Positions 36,885 through 46,955 are shown, counted from the first letter of the stretch. The stretch: 64,000 nucleotides of DNA from Chitinophagaceae bacterium (GCA_040289925.1 PSMD01000009.1:368-64367), one strand, 5' to 3'. Notes: generated from the letters alone by a model not told the origin. Program-made: numbers and translations.

Positions 36885-39230
36885 TCATCCTTCAGCACTG
36901 CTAAGCCTGCCCTCTGCCGGCTGCTTGCTGTCTGCCGGCTGGCTATACAGGTTCATCAAAACTTTTTCAGGTGTCATTGGCGCATCGAAAGAAATATTAG
37001 CAGAAGGATTGAAAGCTTTCACAGCATTACGCAAAGCAAAATAAGCACCGATGCCATACATCAGCGGAGGCTCACCAACCGCTTTCGATTGCAGCACAGC
37101 CAGGTTTTGTTTCTCCGTCTCTAACGCATGAATGGTTATTTCTGTCGGCACCGAATAAATATCCGGCACTTTATAAGTAGATAAAGCATTCGACAATAAT
37201 TTTCCTTCCTTGTTATACAGCAATTCTTCCATCGTCATCCATCCAATTCCCTGTACAATGCCGCCCTCGCATTGGCCGCGGTCAACCAGTTGATTCATGC
37301 TTCTTCCAAAATCATGTACCACTTTCACTGCATCAATTTCATAACGGCCCCGCAGGCAGTCAACGGTTGCAGTGATCAGTGCGGTGCCGTAAACGTGGTA
37401 CGCAAAAGGGTGTCCCTTTTCTTTCTTTAAATCAAAATGAATGTAAGGTGGCGTGTAATGCGCCAGCTCAGAAAGACTGATGCGGCGCAAATAAGTTTCA
37501 AATACTAACCGCTTCCAGTCCCAACCTGTTTTTTCATCATTCACATATACCCATTCATTCATCACTTCTACATTTTCCGGTGTTGTTTTAAATTCATCGG
37601 CTGCAACTTTTTTCATGCGATTTAAAATAGCAAGGCAGGCCAACTCGGTGGCTTTGCCATTTAAATCAGCTGTGGCACTGGCTGCAGAAGGAGATGTATT
37701 TGCAATTCTGAATGTGCTGGTGGTATGCACTTTTATGTGTGCAGGATCAATTAAAAAAGTTTTGGCAGCAACCTGTAAAATTTTTGAGTTGACACCCTGT
37801 CCCATTTCCACCGCACCGGTGCTAATGCCTACGCTGCCGTCAGTATATACGTGCACCAGCGAACGGCCCTGGTTCATCATGGTTTTGGTAAATGAAATGC
37901 CAAAGCAAATCGGCATTAATGCTATCCCTTTTTTAAACAGCTTGTTGTTTGCATTAAACGCTTCTACTTCTTTTCTGCATTTGTCAATTTGATACAACTC
38001 ATCTGCTTTCTTCCAGCACTCATTGGCTTCACTCACTGCAATTTGTCCGTAAGGAAATTCATCGCCTGTTTTCAATAAATTTTTTTCCTGAATGGTTGAA
38101 GCAGGAATGCCCAGCTCTTCTGCTGCTTTTGCAATAGCGGATTCAATCACAAACATTCCCTGCGGCCCGCCAAAACCACGGAAGGCAGTGTTGGGCGGTA
38201 AATGTGTACGGCAACTGTAAGCAGTTGCTGTTACATGAGGGATAAAATAAGAATTGGTGCAGTGAAACAATGTTCTTTCCATTACTGCCGGAGAAAGATC
38301 AGCTGCGGCACCGGCATTTTGGTAAAACGTTACTTCGTAAGCAAGAATTTTTAAATCCCTGCTCAACCCAATTTTAAAATCGGAAGAATAAGGATGTCGC
38401 TTGCCGGTCATCCGCATATCTTCCATACGATGCAGTGAATATTTTACCGGCCTTTTTAAATGATAAGTTGCCAGTGCACACATCAGCCCCCATGTTGTTG
38501 CCTGGTCTTCTTTACCACCAAAACCACCGCCCAGTCTTGTCACATCCACTTCAATCTGGTGCATAGGAATGTCAAGCACCCTGGCTGCTGCTCTTTGCAC
38601 AGCAGTGGGGCCTTGTGTGGAAGAATAAATTTTTATCCCGCCATTTTCATAAGGCAAAGCATAAGCACCTTGCGTTTCAATATATAAATGTTCCTGCCCG
38701 TTTGAATCAGCAATACCTTCAAAAATATATTCGCATCGGCTCCATGTCTCTTCGGTATTTCCCAACTTAAATGTTCGTGGTGGAATGATGAGTTCACCTT
38801 TTGCATGTGCTTCTCTTGGATCGGTTATCACCGGCTTTTTCTCAATCTCCACTTTTATCTTTTTCACGGCAGCTCTTGCCGCTTCGTCGCTTTCTGCAAC
38901 CACTAAAGCAATTGGCATTCCGCAGAAATATACATGGTCGCTGGCCAGCAGTTCTTCATCCGGCACAATGCCGCCAATCTGGTTTTGGCCAGGAATATCT
39001 TTCTCTGTAAAAATTCTAACAACCCCTTTACTTTGCTTTGCCTCTTCCAAATCAAGCGAAAGAATTTTTCCGTGTGCAACAGGCGAATCGAATACAGCAG
39101 CAAACAAAGTTCCCTGCTGCAAAGGCAAATCGTCCAGGTAAACAGATTCACCACGCACATGAGTGTAGGTGTCAACATTACCGCCAGTGGCAGCATTCCG
39201 AAAGGGTTTATAGGAAGAACTTAGGCTCAT
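36885..39230 (-). CDS. xdhB: Xanthine dehydrogenase molybdopterin-binding large subunit
   Basis: 781 aa. Aldehyde oxidase/xanthine dehydrogenase a/b-hammerhead and Moco-binding domains (GGGFGGKE). Its ATG overlaps the xdhA stop (ATGA). Confidence 0.85.
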   Translation of the reverse strand: MSLSSSYKPFRNAATGGNVDTYTHVRGESVYLDDLPLQQGTLFAAVFDSPVAHGKILSLDLEEAKQSKGVVRIFTEKDIPGQNQIGGIVPDEELLASDHVYFCGMPIALVVAESDEAARAAVKKIKVEIEKKPVITDPREAHAKGELIIPPRTFKLGNTEETWSRCEYIFEGIADSNGQEHLYIETQGAYALPYENGGIKIYSSTQGPTAVQRAAARVLDIPMHQIEVDVTRLGGGFGGKEDQATTWGLMCALATYHLKRPVKYSLHRMEDMRMTGKRHPYSSDFKIGLSRDLKILAYEVTFYQNAGAAADLSPAVMERTLFHCTNSYFIPHVTATAYSCRTHLPPNTAFRGFGGPQGMFVIESAIAKAAEELGIPASTIQEKNLLKTGDEFPYGQIAVSEANECWKKADELYQIDKCRKEVEAFNANNKLFKKGIALMPICFGISFTKTMMNQGRSLVHVYTDGSVGISTGAVEMGQGVNSKILQVAAKTFLIDPAHIKVHTTSTFRIANTSPSAASATADLNGKATELACLAILNRMKKVAADEFKTTPENVEVMNEWVYVNDEKTGWDWKRLVFETYLRRISLSELAHYTPPYIHFDLKKEKGHPFAYHVYGTALITATVDCLRGRYEIDAVKVVHDFGRSMNQLVDRGQCEGGIVQGIGWMTMEELLYNKEGKLLSNALSTYKVPDIYSVPTEITIHALETEKQNLAVLQSKAVGEPPLMYGIGAYFALRNAVKAFNPSANISFDAPMTPEKVLMNLYSQPADSKQPAEGRLSSAEG

Positions 39231-40639
39231 GACTTTTTCATAATTAATTCTTCAACTGATAATCCCGGAAATAGTTTGAGAAAATGTGCTTTTATCAATT
39301 GAGCTAACAACAACCGCTTGTATTCGGCCGAACCTCTTGCATCACTGATGGGTGAAATTTCCAACTGCACTAATTTAATAGCAGAAAGAATGGTTTGCTC
39401 AGAAACGGGCTGGCCTGTAAAAAAACTTGAGGTGCTTCTTAAATACATTGGCACGGGGCCAACACCTCCGGCAGAGATTGCGCAGCTTTTGATTATGCCG
39501 TTTTCTTCTTCAATCAACATGGCAGAGTTTACACTGGCAATATCAAGATTGGTACGCTTGCTGATCTTTTCAAAATTAAATTTTGAATGTGCAGAAGGGA
39601 TTTGAAATCTGATTTCAGAGATAATTTCCGATGGTTGCTTATCCAGTTGCTTGTAGCCCTTGTAAAGATCCCGCAAATAAATTTTTCTTTCTTTGCCTCC
39701 ATTCACAAGCGTCAGCTTAGCATTCAATACCAGGAAAAAAATAGTAAAGTCTCCAATGGGCGAAGCATTCACAAAATTCCCGGCAATGGTGGCCATATTT
39801 CGGATCGGAGTTGAAGAAACCAGCCAGCTGTATTGCTGAAACTGTGGAAATATTTTTTGAAAGAGCTCTGAATTCCTGAGGTCAGTAACCGTTACAGATG
39901 GACCAAAAACGAGTTCATTTTCTTCCTGCCTGATAAAATTCAAATCTTCAGCGCCAAATAAAAATTGAATAGAAGCCCGCTTCATTTCATCATGCTTTTG
40001 AACATACAAGTCTGTTCCTCCGCCAACGGCTATTGATTGATCATTCGTAACTGATAGCTGGCCATTTTTTAGATCAAGCAACCTGGCTTTAATTGTTGCA
40101 AAATATTCCGGAAGAATTTTTTTCTCTGTTACAAAATCAATTGCCGCCCCGTTTCTTTCTTTCAGCATATCAGCTACATGGCTGCAGGCTCTTTCAATAG
40201 ATTTATATCCCGTGCAGCGGCAAATATTTCCGTCAACCGCAGCAATCGCATTTTCTTTTGTGGGTGATTGCTTGCTTAAGCAAAAAAAAGCAAGAGACAT
40301 CACAAAACCCGGCGTGCAAAATCCGCATTGCGTAGCTCCTTCTTCAGCCATAGCAACCTGCACCGGGTTTAGTTTTTTTTCAAAATTGATGCCTTCAATG
40401 GTTACAATATGCTTTCCGTTTGCATTGCCAAGGGGCATCAGGCATGATGTCATGGACCTATACTCCATTTCACCGTTCATTAATTCACCAACCAAAACAG
40501 TGCAGGCGCCGCAGTCACCTTCGCGACAACCAATTTTTGTTCCCGTTAAATGTTTGTGGTAGCGAATAAAATCCAAAACAGTTTCACCGGCGGGCAAGCT
40601 GGTAGCAACTTCTTGATTATTTAAAATGAAGCGGATCAA
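39227..40639 (-). CDS. xdhA: Xanthine dehydrogenase small subunit ([2Fe-2S] + FAD-binding)
   Basis: CREGDCGACTV and CRCTGY iron-sulfur motifs, followed by a CO-dehydrogenase-flavoprotein-like FAD domain. Confidence 0.85.
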   Translation of the reverse strand: MIRFILNNQEVATSLPAGETVLDFIRYHKHLTGTKIGCREGDCGACTVLVGELMNGEMEYRSMTSCLMPLGNANGKHIVTIEGINFEKKLNPVQVAMAEEGATQCGFCTPGFVMSLAFFCLSKQSPTKENAIAAVDGNICRCTGYKSIERACSHVADMLKERNGAAIDFVTEKKILPEYFATIKARLLDLKNGQLSVTNDQSIAVGGGTDLYVQKHDEMKRASIQFLFGAEDLNFIRQEENELVFGPSVTVTDLRNSELFQKIFPQFQQYSWLVSSTPIRNMATIAGNFVNASPIGDFTIFFLVLNAKLTLVNGGKERKIYLRDLYKGYKQLDKQPSEIISEIRFQIPSAHSKFNFEKISKRTNLDIASVNSAMLIEEENGIIKSCAISAGGVGPVPMYLRSTSSFFTGQPVSEQTILSAIKLVQLEISPISDARGSAEYKRLLLAQLIKAHFLKLFPGLSVEELIMKKS

Positions 40640-40679
40640 AATAATTAGGCTTGCAGATAAAGTTAGTATAATTGATAGA

Positions 40680-42143
40680 ATGAACTCAGCACAAAACCAT
40701 GCTTCATCACAGGTTTACTACCGCATCGTTGCGTTATGGGTTTTGTGCGAAGCCATGCTGGGCGGAATTATTCATGCATTAAAAATTCCTGTGTCGGGTT
40801 TATTTGTTGGCAGTGCAGCGGTGCTTTGCATTTGCCTCATTGCAAACCAGCAAAAACAAAAAGGTATTATTCTGAAAGCGACTCTCATCGTTTGCATTTT
40901 TAAAATGATGTTGAGTCCCCAGGCACCACCGCTGGCTTATTTCGCTGTGCTTTTTCAGGGTGTAATGGGAGAAGTGATTTTTTTCAACAGAAGATTTTAC
41001 AAACTCTCCTGCTTTTTACTTGCCATCATTGCTTTGCTTGAATCGGGAATGCAGCGCATTGCAGTGCTCACTATTGTGTATGGAAACGATTTCTGGAAAG
41101 CAGTGAACCAGTTTTTTTCTGAGCTGCTGAAAACAAAAACAAATTACAGCCTGTGGATAGCCGGTGTGTATGTGGCTATTCACTTGCTGGCAGGCATTGC
41201 CGTTGGCTATATAGCTGCTACCCTTCCGGCAAAAGCAAAAAAATGGAAAAGAGATGCTATTACTGCGGAAGAAGAAACAGCTTTTCAAATAAAGCAATCC
41301 CCGCACCGTAATAAAATTAAGTTGGGCGTATTGATCATTTGGCTTTTGTTGATGAGCCTCTACCTGCAATCTTATTTTGAAATTGGAAAGTCCATTTTAC
41401 CACAAACGCTGGCTTTAAGAATTTTCATTCGTTCTGCCATCATTATTATTGCCTGGTATTTTTTTATTGGCCCTGCACTAAGCTGGCTGGTAAAAGCATG
41501 GTTGCAGAAAAAACAAAAAAAGTTCGCCACAGAAACTTCAACCATTGCTGGTTTGTTGCCTTCAGTGCAAAAAATGATTTTGACAAGCTGGAAAAACGAA
41601 AAACATTCAAAAGGGTTAAAACGCATCATTCGTTTTTGCAAGGCCATTGTTGCACATACCCTGGTACCACCAGGTGAAAAACGCATCATCATCTTCACAG
41701 GGCCGGTACATGCCGGCAAAACAACTGCACTAATGCATTGGTGTGAAAGAAGACAGGACATTGGTGGCATTTTAACGCCGGTAATAAATGGAAAACGTTT
41801 TTTTTGGGACAATGCAGCAAAAGAATTTTTTGCCATGGAGGCAGATGAGGAGGAAGAAAAAATTGCTGTTGGAAAATACCAGTTCAGAAAAGCAGGGTTT
41901 GAAAAAGCCATTCAGCGAATTAAACAAAATACTTACAAACCCTGGCTGGTGATTGATGAAATTGGCCCGCTTGAGTTGCGTGGTGAAGGTTTTGCAGGCG
42001 TATTGAAAGAAGTTCTTGAAAAACAAAATGGCCGGCAAACCATCCTTCTGGTTGCCCGTGAACAAATTTTGAATGAAGTGATTCAACAGTTTGGTTTACA
42101 GCAGGCAATAATTATTAAACGCCTTTCTGAAATTGATGAATAG
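40680..42143 (+). CDS. Fusion of a multi-pass membrane domain with a THEP1/DUF2478-like P-loop NTPase
   Basis: About 330 aa with 8-9 hydrophobic helices, then Walker A FTGPVHAGKTT and Walker B WLVIDEIGPLEL. Start placed at ATG 40680, 40 bp from the divergent xdhA start. Confidence 0.65.
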   Translation: MNSAQNHASSQVYYRIVALWVLCEAMLGGIIHALKIPVSGLFVGSAAVLCICLIANQQKQKGIILKATLIVCIFKMMLSPQAPPLAYFAVLFQGVMGEVIFFNRRFYKLSCFLLAIIALLESGMQRIAVLTIVYGNDFWKAVNQFFSELLKTKTNYSLWIAGVYVAIHLLAGIAVGYIAATLPAKAKKWKRDAITAEEETAFQIKQSPHRNKIKLGVLIIWLLLMSLYLQSYFEIGKSILPQTLALRIFIRSAIIIIAWYFFIGPALSWLVKAWLQKKQKKFATETSTIAGLLPSVQKMILTSWKNEKHSKGLKRIIRFCKAIVAHTLVPPGEKRIIIFTGPVHAGKTTALMHWCERRQDIGGILTPVINGKRFFWDNAAKEFFAMEADEEEEKIAVGKYQFRKAGFEKAIQRIKQNTYKPWLVIDEIGPLELRGEGFAGVLKEVLEKQNGRQTILLVAREQILNEVIQQFGLQQAIIIKRLSEIDE

Positions 42144-42161
42144 AACCTTTATTAAAAACAA

Positions 42162-42185
42162 ACGCCTCAAAAAATTTTGAGGCGT
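42162..42185. terminator. Terminator hairpin between convergent genes
   Basis: ACGCCTCAAAA / TTTTGAGGCGT palindrome. On the minus strand it is followed by TTGTTTTT, so it best fits termination of the NifU gene. Confidence 0.6.
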
Positions 42186-42208
42186 CTATTCATTACTTCT
42201 AAAAATTT

Positions 42209-42805
42209 TTATTCGGCTTCTGCCACAACTTCTTTTACTTCCGGTATCATTCTTTTCATCATTCCTTCAATGCCCGCTTTTAATGTGATCATGGATGATG
42301 GGCAACCGCTGCAGCTTCCCTGCAACATTAAATTCACCACACCATCATCATAACTTTTAAACTGAATGGCGCCGCCATCCATTTCCACTGCAGGCCTTAC
42401 GTAGTTATCCAGTAATTCTTTAATCCGTTTTACCACATCGCTGTCATCGGCGCTGGCCACATTGCTGCTTTCCTGTTTCATGGCAGCCACTTCTTCTTCA
42501 TTAATTACCGGCTTGCCTTCTTCTAAATATTGCTTTAAAAACTCACGGATGGAAGGAATGACGTCGTTCCATTCTGTATCCATGGTTTTTGTGAGCGTAA
42601 CAAAATTGCTGGCAATAAAAACGGCTTTAATAAAGGGAAAACCAAATAACTCTGAAGCCAGGGGGCTGGGCCTTGCACTTTCTGCATCAGGAAAATCAAT
42701 GCTTTTGCCCGGGTATAAAAGCTTATTCGCTACAAACTTCATCGTCTCCGGGTTGGGCGTCATTTCTATATAAATGCTGATAACAGGATTACCTGTTTTT
42801 ATCAT
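42209..42805 (-). CDS. NifU/Nfu-type Fe-S cluster assembly protein (Nfu_N + NifU C-domain)
   Basis: TPNPETMKFV N-domain and CSGCPSS motif. Start moved to ATG 42803-42805. Confidence 0.85.
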   Translation of the reverse strand: MIKTGNPVISIYIEMTPNPETMKFVANKLLYPGKSIDFPDAESARPSPLASELFGFPFIKAVFIASNFVTLTKTMDTEWNDVIPSIREFLKQYLEEGKPVINEEEVAAMKQESSNVASADDSDVVKRIKELLDNYVRPAVEMDGGAIQFKSYDDGVVNLMLQGSCSGCPSSMITLKAGIEGMMKRMIPEVKEVVAEAE

Positions 42806-42988
42806 GTTTTGTCTGTTTAAATGTTCAACTGCAAAAATAACAACTTGCAAGGGCAATAAGTTTACGAATAACGGAAAGCAAAAAGTTTTAAGGCTTATTT
42901 AAGGCGGGGAAGGCTGCAAAAATCCTGTTTTTTCCTGGCCGATATTTTCTATATTTAATTACGTTTTACCACTTAACACCAAAACCTT

Positions 42989-44139
42989 ATGCTTTTGATG
43001 AAACGGCTGCTGCCGGGTGTTTTTTTACCCTTATCTCTTCAATCCGTAGTTGCACAATCAGCTTCGGTGCAGCAACAAGCCATTATTTTAAAAAGACAAA
43101 TAGAAAGAACGCATTACAGCCCCTGGCCGGTTGATGACAGTCTTTTTTCTACCATTTTTTCAACGTTCATCAAATTGCTCGACCCACATGAAAACATCTT
43201 GCTGGCATCGGATGTTACACAGCTTTCTGCTTTCCGTTACAAATTAGATGATGAATTAAATGGAAAAAGCTGGCAGTTTTATGACCTGGCCTCTTCTGTT
43301 TACCAAATAGCCTTGAAAATAGCAGACAGCATCATCCAATTCAAGCGGAAAGGTTTCTTTTTTAAAAAATTCGAACCGCGGAACGATATATGACGGACCG
43401 CTGGTGATATTAATAAATGAAGAAAGTGCGTCTGCATCTGAAATGCTGGCGGCGGCTTTGCAGGATTATAACCGGGCGGTAGTAATCGGCAGAAATAGCT
43501 ATGGCAAAGCAACCATGCAAAAAATGTTTCCGCTTGATACCGTTCAGGCAAACACCACTGATTGCCCCTACGGTTTTGTAAAAGTTACAACAGCAAAGCT
43601 TTACCGCATTAACGGAGAAACCATTCAGCAAAATGGCGTGCAGCCGGATGTGGCCCTGCCTGATGTTTTTGATGGGCTGGAATACTGAGAAAATTTTTCT
43701 CCGAACGCCTACCATCCGATACCACGAAAAAAAACAGTACTACAAACCGCTTTCTCCGCTGCCTGTTACCCAGCTATCCACTGCCCGTTACAACCGCATT
43801 CTGCAAAGCAAAAAATTTAAGGCAATCAAAAACATTATCCACAACCGTTCTAAATTGCTGAAGGCCGCATCAACCACTATTCCATTGCAACTCGATGCAT
43901 TTGAAAAATGGGCCAGCGAAAATAATTTTGATGAATTGGATGAAGATGAGATTTCTGAAGACTCAAAATTATTCAAAGCAGAAAATCACCAGGCCGAAAA
44001 GCAAAGACTGGCTCTCAATATTGCCTCAAAAACTATGAACGAATACACTTTGCAAACGATACAGCAGGACATTTATATTGAAGAAGCATTCCGTGTTCTG
44101 CTTGACCTGGTTCAACTACAAAAATCAAAAAACCATTAA
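42989..44139 (+). pseudogene. Tail-specific (S41, Prc-like) protease remnant
   Basis: Signal peptide and N-terminal Prc-like region. The protein then jumps directly, and out of frame, at ~43350-43392 to DGPLVILINEESASASEMLAAALQDY, skipping the PDZ and upstream catalytic region. In-frame TGA at 43686-43688. Frame change at the A8 run 43727-43734. Confidence 0.75.
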
Positions 44140-44149
44140 ACAAAGCTTT

Positions 44150-45180
44150 ATGAAGCATCTCACTAGAACTTCTCTGCTGACTGTTGCATTCTCGCTGTTC
44201 TTTTCGGGAGTAAAGGCACAGGATTTTCAAAATGCAGAAGATTACATGAACTACAGCAGTTTGGCCGATGAAAAAAATACTGCCATTTATTTCAGTTATC
44301 TCAGCGCAATGGCACATAATAAAAGTGCAAGAAAAGTGTAGAAGCGCAGACAGGAAACGATCAATGCCATTTTTCATACCCGTGTTAACATTGAGGGCAT
44401 GCCGCCGTGGAAAGGCGACCGTTCTTACCGCAATTCATCAGTAGCTTACCTGAAACTTGTTTACCATGTTTTTAATGAAGACTATGGAAAAATTTTAAAC
44501 CTGGAAGAAATTGCAGAACAGAGTTATGATGCTATGGAAGCTTAGATACTTGCACAGCAAAAAGCACGGGAAAAACTGCAGGAAGCAGGAGAAAAGCAAA
44601 GGCTGATACAAAAAGAATTTGGTGCAAAATACAATGTAAATATTGTGGATGTTGAAGATGCGCTTTCCGTAAAAAGCAAACAGGCACAGGCACTGATGAA
44701 GCATTATAATGAGGTTTACCTTATCTTCTTCAAGCCGCACAAGCAGGAAGGCTACCTGATGGAAGCCGTAAATTCAAAAAATATTATTGCCATTGAGCAA
44801 AGCAAAAGTTCCATTAAAAAATTTGTTGAAGAGGGACTGGAAAAGCTTAGGCAATTAAAAGGATATCAAAACGACCCTTCGCTCATTAATGCCTGCCGCG
44901 ATGCTTTGAACTTTTTTAAAGATGAAGCCCGGCAAATACAGGCTTACACAGATTTTTACATAAAAGAAGAAAATTTCAATAAGCTGAAAAAAATTTTGAA
45001 AGCAAATCAAAAAAACAACAACAGTATATTGACCAGTATAATAATGGCGTAAATGAGTTTAATGCGGCCGTTAAAGACTTTAATAAATTAAACAACAACC
45101 TCAACAAACAAAGAGACCAGATGTACGACGCCTGGAATAAAGCTGTAAAAAATTACCTGGACAATTACATGCCGGTTTAG
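44150..45180 (+). pseudogene. Secreted hypothetical protein (coiled-coil-rich), disrupted
   Basis: Signal peptide MKHLTRTSLLTVAFSLFFSGVKAQ. One frame runs from 44150 to ~45010 and is interrupted by TAG 44339-44341 and TAG 44543-44545. A frame change at the A7 run 45009-45015 leads to a tail that ends at TAG 45178-45180. Confidence 0.6.
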
Positions 45181-45197
45181 AAAAAGCAATAACTCTT

Positions 45198-46043
45198 TTA
45201 AAAAGTTAGCTTAGCGCCAAGGGTAGCATAAAACATATTCTTTGCCCGCTCGGAGAGGTCTGGCCGGCCTTCAACCTGAACAAGATTTTGTGGAATAACA
45301 TATGCAGGTGTTAACAGCACCTGCAATTTTCCTTTGGCGTAAACCACCGGCACTGAAAATTCATAAGACAAAATGTTAAAATTTTTTACCGATTCAGAAA
45401 CCTGTTGTTGCACGCCGGGAAACAGCAGGAAATTACTTTGCTTGTAATAAGTATTGGTGAATTGTTGCGTGCCCGCAAAAACATAGGCTGAAGGATCAAC
45501 TACCAGCACAGATTTATCAGCAAATTGCTTACGATAAATATGATCAAGGCCTGCCGTCAGGCCATAGTCAACTTTATCGCTGAGTTTTACATCAGCACCG
45601 CCGGTTATATTAATTATTTTATTGAAACGGCTTAACGAAAACGCCAACTGCCCTTTTAAGGCTGATTGCACCAGTTGTGTTCCCTTCTCATAAAATGGCT
45701 TCAGTCCATAGATATTTGTCAGCCATTTTTTATCATCACTCATAAACTGAAATCCCGCCGTGGCTACCGTGCCTGCATAATCAAATGAAACAGATGCATT
45801 GTTTACGAACACGGGTGAGGCACTCAGGTAAAATGTTTCGTTGATCCATAATTCTGCTACGGGAAAAACGCCACTGCTGCGCAGGCTATCGGTACGGCCA
45901 TAATAGTTCAAATGAGAATTATAAAAAGTGCCGATCTTAAATTGAACCAGGTCTTTTTTTGTTTCAGAAGAATCGATTTGTGATTTTGCCTCATAAAAAA
46001 ATAAAACTGAAGCAAACAGAATGGAAGGGATTCGGGGTTTCAT
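45198..46043 (-). CDS. Outer-membrane beta-barrel protein of unknown function
   Basis: Signal peptide (start moved to ATG 46041-46043), alternating-hydrophobic strands, and a C-terminal ...LGAKLTF. Confidence 0.55.
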   Translation of the reverse strand: MKPRIPSILFASVLFFYEAKSQIDSSETKKDLVQFKIGTFYNSHLNYYGRTDSLRSSGVFPVAELWINETFYLSASPVFVNNASVSFDYAGTVATAGFQFMSDDKKWLTNIYGLKPFYEKGTQLVQSALKGQLAFSLSRFNKIINITGGADVKLSDKVDYGLTAGLDHIYRKQFADKSVLVVDPSAYVFAGTQQFTNTYYKQSNFLLFPGVQQQVSESVKNFNILSYEFSVPVVYAKGKLQVLLTPAYVIPQNLVQVEGRPDLSERAKNMFYATLGAKLTF

Positions 46044-46107
46044 ATATGGTTGGTTTAAAAAAACCATCCCGACAATTGCCGGGATGGTATATGTCGAAGG
46101 TTACGGA

Positions 46108-46764
46108 TTATTGCTTAGACGCTTTCACTGAAGTTTCGCTTTTTACTTCTCCTTTTACAGAGCTACTTGCTTTTGTTTCTTTTGCTTTGTCAACGGTGCT
46201 TTTAACACCGGTCTTTACTTCACCTTCAGCTTTTGCTTCTACTTTTTTTGCAGATTCAACAGTGGCAGAAGCTTTCTTTTCCGCAGTTACTGTTGCATCA
46301 GTTGTAGTTTTTTCAGCTTTATCAATTACTGCACCGCCATTTACATTTACATCCGCATTGGCATTTGCGGAGCTGCTGCCATTTACAGCAGCATTTGAAT
46401 TGCCATTGTCTGCACTGCCATTTGTTTCAGCCGAACCAGATACACCAACACCTGCATTTACATTTGCACTGTTCTTTGCATCATTTTTTATTTCTGTTGC
46501 AGTGTTAACTGTTTTTTGAGCGGAACCTTTTACAGTTGCACTTGTTTTTGAAGCAACGTTTGTTGCTTTGTTAGCTGATGCATTTACTGTTGTTTTTGCT
46601 GCATTGCTGGTTGCTGTTACAGCTTTTGTAGCTGTAGTAGCATTTACGGTACTATTTACTACGGCCTGTGTTGTTGACTGAACACCTAAATTAATTTGGC
46701 CGAATGAAATTGCAGCAGCTGAAATTGCTACCATCAAAAGCATTAATTTACGGATTGTCTTCAT
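46108..46764 (-). CDS. Secreted low-complexity A/T/S/N/V/K-rich protein
   Basis: Signal peptide MKTIRKLMLLMVAISAAAISFGQ, then about 195 aa with almost no aromatic, Cys, Pro, His, Trp or Met residues. The C-terminal third is K/E-rich and quasi-repetitive. Confidence 0.55.
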   Translation of the reverse strand: MKTIRKLMLLMVAISAAAISFGQINLGVQSTTQAVVNSTVNATTATKAVTATSNAAKTTVNASANKATNVASKTSATVKGSAQKTVNTATEIKNDAKNSANVNAGVGVSGSAETNGSADNGNSNAAVNGSSSANANADVNVNGGAVIDKAEKTTTDATVTAEKKASATVESAKKVEAKAEGEVKTGVKSTVDKAKETKASSSVKGEVKSETSVKASKQ

Positions 46765-46955
46765 ATATCCTTGTTTTTTTGGTTAAGAATGGTTTGGTTG
46801 CTCACGGTTTTGAAAACATCGTGCCAAACATTTTAAAAATTTTGGTTGATTAATTTTTTTGTGGTTCGTTACTGCACATGGTGGAGTGGCTTGCAGTGTA
46901 TTAAAGACCAAAAAACTGTTAACGAAGTTTAAACGCCAGTCGGAAATTTTTTGTA

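Noticed and set aside
41372-42108. Minus-strand ORFs of 62-179 aa overlapping 40680-42143.
   Set aside because: The plus-strand frame carries Walker A/B motifs and coherent TM helices. The antisense products are low-complexity with no motifs.
43366-43400. GGTTCGAA (read on the minus strand) suggested a tRNA T-loop.
   Set aside because: There are no complementary T-stem, acceptor or anticodon arms around it, and it lies at the deletion junction of the S41 pseudogene. A second look-alike (GGTTCAATCCC at ~878-888) lies inside the zinc-site coding sequence.
45959-46519. 186-aa plus-strand ORF antisense to the low-complexity protein gene.
   Set aside because: It is a mirror artefact of biased composition. 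Only the minus-strand frame has a signal peptide and a start/stop context consistent with its neighbours.
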